DNA of 46,657 nt from an uncultured beta proteobacterium. GTDB taxonomy: Bacteria > Pseudomonadota > Gammaproteobacteria > Burkholderiales > Burkholderiaceae_C. The notes beneath the pieces were generated by a model. It had not been told where the DNA came from. It was given only the letters and a program-made list of their open reading frames with translations, and did no database searches. Location of the stretch: assembly GCA_963708655.1 (NCBI GenBank), contig CAVPTY010000002.1, forward strand, positions 1 to 46,657, read 5' to 3'. The stretch's first letter is position 1; the number at the start of each line of letters is the position of its first letter. This document shows, piece by piece, positions 40,168 through 46,657 of this stretch. The position numbers and the translations under genes were made by a program.

Positions 40168-42215
40168 CAGGCGGTGGCGGCGAGCGCGGCGGCGGGAACC
40201 CGCGCCTGCGCAAGCGTGAACCTGAAAATGGTACCGCGCGGCCGGTTCGGCTCGTACGCGAGCGAGCCGCCGTGCTGCTCCACCACCGTCCGGCACAGGC
40301 TGAGGCCGAGCCCCATCCCCTCCGACTTGGTGGTGAAGAACGGCGTGAACAGGCGCGCCTTGACCTCGTCCGGAATGCCCGGGCCGACGTCGCTGACCGA
40401 GAACTCGAGCCGGTCGCCGGGCGCCGGGCGCGCGTCGAACACCAGCGCCGGCGCGGCCACGCCGGCCTCGTCCATCGCCTGCATGGCGTTGCGAGCGAGG
40501 TTCAGCAGCACCTGTTCGACCATGGTGCGGTCGCACAGCACCGGCGGCAGGCCGGGCCGCGCGCGCACCTGCACCCGCACCCCCAGCTCGCGCGCCTGCA
40601 GGCTCACCAGCGGCATGATCGCGTCGAGCAGGTGCTGCGGCGCGACCGGTGCGCGGTCCTTGTCGCTGCGGCGCACGAAGTCGTGCACGCTCTTGATCAC
40701 CTTGCCGGCGCGTTCGGCCTGTTCGGCGATGCGGCGCATCGCCACTTCGACGTCGGCGATCGCGGCGGAGCCGGCAGCGCTCGCCGCGTGTGCCTGCAGC
40801 AGGTTGATCGAACCGCTGGCGTAACTGGAGATCGCGGCCAGCGGCTGGTTCAGTTCATGGCTCAGCAGGGATGCCATTTCGCCCACCGTCGCCAGCCGCG
40901 CGGTCGCCTGCAGCCGCTCCTGGCTGGCGCGCGAGAGTTCCTCGATGCGGCGCTGTTCGCTGATGTCGAGAAAGGCGCTCATCCACCCGGTCTGCACGCC
41001 CTGGGCGTCGATCAGCGGCGCCTCGATGATCAGGACCGGAAAACGCGAGCCGTCCTTGCGCATGAACACCGATTCGTAGCCTTCGCGCGGCAGTGCCTGC
41101 TGTCCGGCCAGGCGGATCTCCTGGCGCTTGGCGTATTCGTCCACCAGTTCCGGCGGCCAGTAGGGCGCCGGATTGGAGTGCCCCATCAGCTCTTCGGGCG
41201 TGAAGCCCACCATCTGGCAGAACGCCGGATTGACGTAGGTGATGCGGCCCTGCAGGTCACGCGCGCGCAGGCCGGTCACCAGCGAGTCCTCCATCGCCTT
41301 GCGGAACGCCAGCGCCTCGGCCAGGTCCTGCTCGGCGCGCAGGCGCAGGCGCATGTCCTTGCCCAGCACGAAGAGCACCACCACCAGCGCGATCGACATG
41401 GCCGTCACCAGCGCCGTGAGCACGTTCGGGAACAGATCCGGGGCGCCGTGCCAGCTGTCGATGCGCAGCACGATGGTGTTGCCGGGCAGGTCCAGCAGCT
41501 GCTGCGCGGTGAACACGCGGCGGCCGCGGCGCGGCACGCCGTGCAGCGCGAGCCGGGTGCCGTCGGCTTCGGTGAAAGAGACCTCCTGGCCGCGCCGCAA
41601 CTGCGGACCGACCAGCGTCGCCAGTACGGCCTCCAGCGAGTAGGTGGCCACCACGTAGCCGCTCAACTGGCCATGGGTCATGTGCGGCAGGCACAGCTCC
41701 ATCACCTCGATTCCCATGCCGTCGACCTGCGGCAGGAAGTAGCTCCCCGAATACCCGGGGCCGCTCATGCGGCGCGCGCCGGCGCATGCCAGTGCGACGT
41801 CCGCCTGCGCTTGGGCACGGCCCATGCGCTCGAAGGCCGGCGGGCGAAACGGCGAATCGACGACGGCGAGCGGTAGCAGCGCCGCGTCGCGCCACTCGAT
41901 GCGCACCCACTCCGGGTGCTCGCGCAGCAGCGCCTGCGCCTCGCGTTCCCAGTCGCCGCGCTGGCCGTGCGCCGATTGCAGGGCCAGCAGCAGTTGCACG
42001 TTGCGGTTCAGCGCGTCGCGGATCTCGCTCACCGCTTCCCCGGTATCGCGCTCGAGCTTGTCCTGCACCTGGCTCGCCTCGTAGCGGCCGGCCAGCCACA
42101 CCAGCGTCATCAGCATGCCGGCGACCAGCGCCACCAGCAACACCCACAGCGGCGGGCCCGCCCCGCCCGGCGCGCCCGGCGCGGCCGCGACCGGCTCCCC
42201 GCTCGCTGCACTCAT
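40167..42215 (-). CDS. Membrane PAS sensor histidine kinase (DctS-like)
   Basis: Two TM segments, periplasmic domain, PAS, SHELNQPL H-box, N-box NLARNA, DVGPG and GMGLGL. Confidence 0.92.
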   Translation of the reverse strand: MSAASGEPVAAAPGAPGGAGPPLWVLLVALVAGMLMTLVWLAGRYEASQVQDKLERDTGEAVSEIRDALNRNVQLLLALQSAHGQRGDWEREAQALLREHPEWVRIEWRDAALLPLAVVDSPFRPPAFERMGRAQAQADVALACAGARRMSGPGYSGSYFLPQVDGMGIEVMELCLPHMTHGQLSGYVVATYSLEAVLATLVGPQLRRGQEVSFTEADGTRLALHGVPRRGRRVFTAQQLLDLPGNTIVLRIDSWHGAPDLFPNVLTALVTAMSIALVVVLFVLGKDMRLRLRAEQDLAEALAFRKAMEDSLVTGLRARDLQGRITYVNPAFCQMVGFTPEELMGHSNPAPYWPPELVDEYAKRQEIRLAGQQALPREGYESVFMRKDGSRFPVLIIEAPLIDAQGVQTGWMSAFLDISEQRRIEELSRASQERLQATARLATVGEMASLLSHELNQPLAAISSYASGSINLLQAHAASAAGSAAIADVEVAMRRIAEQAERAGKVIKSVHDFVRRSDKDRAPVAPQHLLDAIMPLVSLQARELGVRVQVRARPGLPPVLCDRTMVEQVLLNLARNAMQAMDEAGVAAPALVFDARPAPGDRLEFSVSDVGPGIPDEVKARLFTPFFTTKSEGMGLGLSLCRTVVEQHGGSLAYEPNRPRGTIFRFTLAQARVPAAALAATA

Positions 42216-43018
42216 AGGACCCGATGCTCCAGCGCAGGCAGTTGCACGCGCAGGCTGGCCTGGCGCGCCGCGTCGAGCTCGGCGACCACCACGCCCGCTC
42301 CTTGCTCGCGCTGGCCCAGCACCTCGCCCCAGGGATCGACCACCATGCTGTGACCCCAGGTCCGGCGGCCGTTCTCGTGCTCGCCGCCCTGGGCCGCAGC
42401 GACCACGTAGGCCAGGTTCTCCACGGCCCGGGCCCGCAGCAGCAGTTCCCAATGCGCCCGGCCGGTGACGTAGGTGAAGGCGCTGGGCACCAGCAGCACG
42501 TCGGCGGCGAGCGCGCGATACAGCTCGGGAAAGCGCAGGTCGTAGCACACGCTCATGCCGATGCGCCAGTCGCGGCCGGCGCGGTCGCGCAGCACGAACG
42601 ACGCCGTGCCGCTGCCGGCCTCGATCACGCGCGATTCGTCGTAGCGCTCACGCCCGTTCTCGAACCGGAACAGGTGGATCTTGTCGTAGCGCGCCACCCG
42701 TTCGCCGGCCGGCGAGAACGCCAGCGACGTGTTGCGCACGTGCGCCGCGTCGGACGCCTCGAGCGGCAGCGTGCCGCCCACCAGCCAGAGGCCGCAGTCG
42801 CGCGCGGTCCGGGCAAGGAAGTCCTGGATCGCGCCGGCGCCGAACGGCTCGCGCACCGCCAGCTTGTCGCCGTCCCTGCGGCCCATCAGGCAGAAATACT
42901 CCGGCAGCACGGCCAGTTCGGCGCCGGCCGCGGCGGCTTCCCGGATCAGGGCGCCGGCCTGCTCGAGATTGCCGGCCACCGTGGTGCCGGAGACCATCTG
43001 GATCGCTGCGATTTTCAT
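42212..43018 (-). CDS. Carbon-nitrogen hydrolase (Nit1/deaminated glutathione amidase-like)
   Basis: LPEYF, YDKIHLF and CYDLRFPE catalytic Glu-Lys-Cys motifs. Confidence 0.9.
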   Translation of the reverse strand: MKIAAIQMVSGTTVAGNLEQAGALIREAAAAGAELAVLPEYFCLMGRRDGDKLAVREPFGAGAIQDFLARTARDCGLWLVGGTLPLEASDAAHVRNTSLAFSPAGERVARYDKIHLFRFENGRERYDESRVIEAGSGTASFVLRDRAGRDWRIGMSVCYDLRFPELYRALAADVLLVPSAFTYVTGRAHWELLLRARAVENLAYVVAAAQGGEHENGRRTWGHSMVVDPWGEVLGQREQGAGVVVAELDAARQASLRVQLPALEHRVL

Positions 43019-43019
43019 T

Positions 43020-46000
43020 TCAGTTGGTCCTTGCTGGAGTTTCGCGCGCGTCTTCGGTGCGGCTCGCGCCGTCCCGCGCCTCGGTTGCGGGAGCCCGGCG
43101 GTCGACCCGGGTCACCCGCGGGTCGGTCCAGGTCCCGTCGATGTGGAATTCCTGCGTGGCGGCGCGCATCAGCGGCTGGCGCAGGAACAGCTGTGCAAGG
43201 AAGCTGCCGAGGCCGATCGCCGGATTGATCATGGTCGCCACCAGCGACGCGGTGCCGGCGTTGATCTCCGGCACCACCACCACCTTGAGGTCCTGCGTCT
43301 CGCGTGCGATGTCGGCGCGGCCCTCCATCAGCACCGCCGCGTTGACCCCCTTCATCTGCAGGTTGTTGGTGGCTGCCATGCCTTCCTGGATGGTGACGTC
43401 GCCGCGCACGAAGTCGAAGACGAATCCTTCCGTGAACACGTCGCGGAAATCGAGCGCCAGGCGCCGCGGCAGCGACTGGAGGCTGAGCACTCCCAGCAGC
43501 TTGGCCAGCCCCGGGTCGGCCTTGAGGAACTGCCCGGCCTCGACGTTGATGAAGAAGTTGCCGTTCAGCGACGGGTAGTCGATCGTCAGCGGCGATCCGA
43601 CCCACGCCATCTGCCCCTCCATGCGCCCGCGGCCGCGGCGCACGATGTCCTTCATGCCGAAGCGCGCGAGCAGCAGGCCCGAATCGGCGATGTCGAGCCT
43701 GAAGTCCATCGCCGTGCGCCGCCGCTCGCCCGGCGGCAGCGGCCCCGGCCGCGGTGCGCCGGGCGGCACCGGCTGGGCGCCGACCGCGGCCCAGTTGCCG
43801 GTGGCGCTGAATTCCGCTTCCGGCGTGACGATGCGCAACTTGTTCAGGCGCCATTCACGGATGCCGCCTTCGCGTGCCACCACGCCGGGACCGCGGTTCA
43901 CGGCGTCGATCTCCAGCCGTCCCAGCTTCTTGCCTTTCAGCTCGAAATCGTCGACGACGATGTCCAGCGCCGGCAGCTTCTCCGGCTGCTCGTAGAGCAG
44001 GCTCTCCACCTGGGAGGCCGCCGCGGCGGCTATCGCCAGCCGGGCGAGGCGGGCGTGCAGCCGCCCGGCGCCGGCGCCGGTGGGCTGCCGGTATTCGACG
44101 AAGCCGCTGAGCTCTCGGCCGTCGACGCTGGCGCGCCAGACCGGGCCCTCGCGCGAGCCGCCGACCACCACGTCGTGCAGCGTGCGGCCCTCCACGGTGA
44201 GTTCGCGCGCGCGCACGGCGATCACGTTCGGCAGGTAACCGGAGGCCGCACCCGCCGCAGGTGCCTGTCCCGCCCGCGCGGGGCCGCCGCCATCCCCCGC
44301 CACGCGGCTGAGCACGTTCTCCCAGGCGTCGAAGTCGATGCTCGCGAAATTGATGTTGGCGCTGACCCCCTGCGCGGGCACCGGCGCCGATTCGCCCGGC
44401 GCGAGCCCGACGCCCAGGGCCCCGCGCAGCACGCGCGGCTCGGCCCCGGCGATGTCGCGCACATAGACGATGGAAGCGAGCCGGCCGATGTCCACCGCGA
44501 TCTGGTCCAGCCGCGCGCCGGCGGCTCCGCCCGGCACCAGCACGTTCTCGTAGCGCAGGGGCAGCGTGCTCTCCGCCGGCTTGGCCAGCGGCGGCGGCAG
44601 GTTCAGCGCCAGCCCTTGCAAGGTGCTGGTCACCGTGATCTCCGGAATGCCGCGGCGGAACGCGAGATGGAGCTGGTAGGCGGCGCCGCCCGACGCGTCG
44701 CGCGCCAGCCGTGACACGAAGCCGAGCTCCTTCGCCTGCCGCAACCCCTCCGCGGTCGCCGTGCCTTGCGCCCGCAGCGCGATGGTCGCGTCCGAGCCGG
44801 CCGGCAGCGGCACGCCGGGCTGGCCGCGACTGCCGCCGTCCAGGCGCACGTCGCCGCCGAGCGCGCGCGCCTGCGCTGCGGCCAGCGCGAAGCCGTTCTC
44901 GTTGAACGTGACGACGCCGCGCGCGCGGGCCAGCAGCGGCGAGTCCGGCGTGATCTGGATGTCGTTGCCGGCCAGCGTGACGCTGCCCTGCACCTTCGGC
45001 TGCTCGAGCGCCGCCACCGGCAACTGCAGCTTCAACTTCACTTCCGCCGGGCCGGTGGCGCTGGCGCGGTCCAGCGCGTGCGCCGTGAACCCGGCGAGCG
45101 GGGAGCTGTTCACGATGGCGAGTGCCTGGACCAGCGGGCCGCGGATCTCGCCGGTGACGGCCACGCTGGTCGCGTTGAAGTCGGGGATCTGCGCCTCGGC
45201 TTTCACCGCGAGGCCGGGCGCGCCGGCCAGCCGCCCGGCGGCGCCCTGCACCTGCATTCCGTTGCCCTCGAACACCAGTTGCCCGCCCAGTTGCATCAGC
45301 GGGGGCCAGTGCGGGCCGTTGCCGGTCGCGCTGCGCGGCACGTAGGCATAGGTCACGTCGCGCACGTCGACGCTGGCGCGGAATTCGCCGTCGCGCCCGT
45401 CGGCGAACGGAAAGCGGCTCAGGTCGCCCTTGACGCGGAACTTCGCGCCGGTGGCCGTGCCTTGCAGCACCGACTCGCGCACATAGTCGCGCGCCCTCTT
45501 GGGAACTCCCAGCGGCAGGTAGCGGTACACCCGGGCGCCGTTGGCGCGGCTGATGCCCGCCTGCAGGTCGAGCACGCCGGGGAAGCGGGCGCCCGGCGCG
45601 GTGCCGGTGCGCCAGCTGGCGCGTCCCTCGCCGACGGCGTCGGCGTTGCTGAATTTCAGGTTGTTCACCGTGGCCTGGATCGCCGCGCCGTCGATCCTCC
45701 ACTGCAGGTCGGCCGCGAGGTCCGCGAGCGCGATGACCGGATCCTCGAACACTCCGGGTGCTTCCACGGCACCATTGCGGATCGCCAGGCGCCCCTTGCC
45801 CCCGGCCTGCGTCAGGTCGAACTCCAGCGCCGCGCCGCGGATGCCTGGCGTGCCGGCGGCCGCCGGCTGGCCCGGCGCCGCGGCCACGGCCGGCTGCGCC
45901 GCGATCTCCAGCCGCGTCGCGCTGCCCCTGGCCGCGTACTGCTGCAGGTCGTCCAGCGGCCCCTGCCACGACGCCTGCAAGGTCTCGACCACGCCCTTGG

Positions 46001-46657
46001 GCGCATAGGCGAGCAGCGCCGCGTGCGATCGCGTCGCCGAGCGGCAGGCGGCTGGCGACCTGGCTCAGGGCCAGCAGGTCCAGCTGGTCGGCGCGCAGTT
46101 CGCCGCGCGCGGGCTGGCGGCCCTCGCCCTGCGTCCAGCGCACGAAGACGTTGCCGCCCGGCCAGCGCTGGCCCTCCTGCGTTTCGAACTGCAGTCCCTG
46201 CGTCTGCATCTCGAAGCCGCCGGCCAGCCGCTGGCCGCCGACGCGCCCGGCGACGTAGCGCAGCGCGAGCGCTTGCAGGTGCGGCGCCAGCGTGGCGTTC
46301 ACGTCCGCCAGCACCACGTCCGCCACGCCGCCCACCAGCTGGCCGCGTTCGATGTCGGCCCAGGCGCGCACCGCGCCATGGCCGGCGGCGACATCCACGC
46401 CGAGGTTCGCGTACCGCCGCAGCTGCGAGACGTCGACCCGCGTGAAGTCCCCATGCAACTGTCCCACCCAGTCCTGCCAGCGTCCGGCATGCACCGACAG
46501 CAGCGGCTGGCGGAACATGCCGCGCAGCGTGAAACGCTCCCCCCATTGCGGCGGCGGTGTCGCGTCCAGCCGCATGGCATGGCGCCGTGCGCCGTTGCGG
46601 ATCACCAGGTCGACGCTGTCCAGCACCATCGGCGGCGCGCCGCGGCTTTCGTCGGTC
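43020..46657 (-). CDS. yhdP: YhdP (AsmA-like phospholipid transport protein); 5' end outside window, apparent frameshift at ~46027
   Basis: Long beta-rich ORF ending LLGVLSLQSLPRRLALDFRDVF...I.GTW.DP; upstream part continues in another frame (43855-46629 ORF); adjacent to the C-N hydrolase as usual. Confidence 0.88.

Overview
A high-GC betaproteobacterial chromosomal segment. Gene content and order look like Comamonadaceae (inference, not a database result). Most of it is housekeeping: glcD 3' part, udg-rimI-tsaB, dacB, sua5/tsaC-purK-purE, cnoX, purC, fba-pyk-pgk, azlDC-fmt-def, LysM(tsaP)-dprA-smg, a DUF1631-like gene, secF-secD-yajC, a fused indolepyruvate:ferredoxin oxidoreductase, mltA, a PAS kinase/FixJ-type pair, a C-N hydrolase and partial yhdP. 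I saw no rRNA, tRNA, CRISPR array or transposase. purE, purK, pyk, the oxidoreductase and yhdP carry single-base frameshifts that most likely are sequencing or assembly errors. The most interesting element is an accessory two-gene module at 737-8470. It pairs an HMW1/CdrA-type TpsA adhesin, carrying a mucin-like (PTxx)~40 stalk, with a divergently transcribed cytoplasmic GT60-like (Gnt1/Gnt2-type) alpha-GlcNAc transferase. This is a candidate bacterial mucin-type O-GlcNAc adhesin glycosylation system. Other notable items are an SGNH lipoprotein lacking its catalytic residues, a truncated SemiSWEET, a prion-like (GGYQ)n insert, and a 38-aa membrane microprotein overlapping mltA head-to-head.
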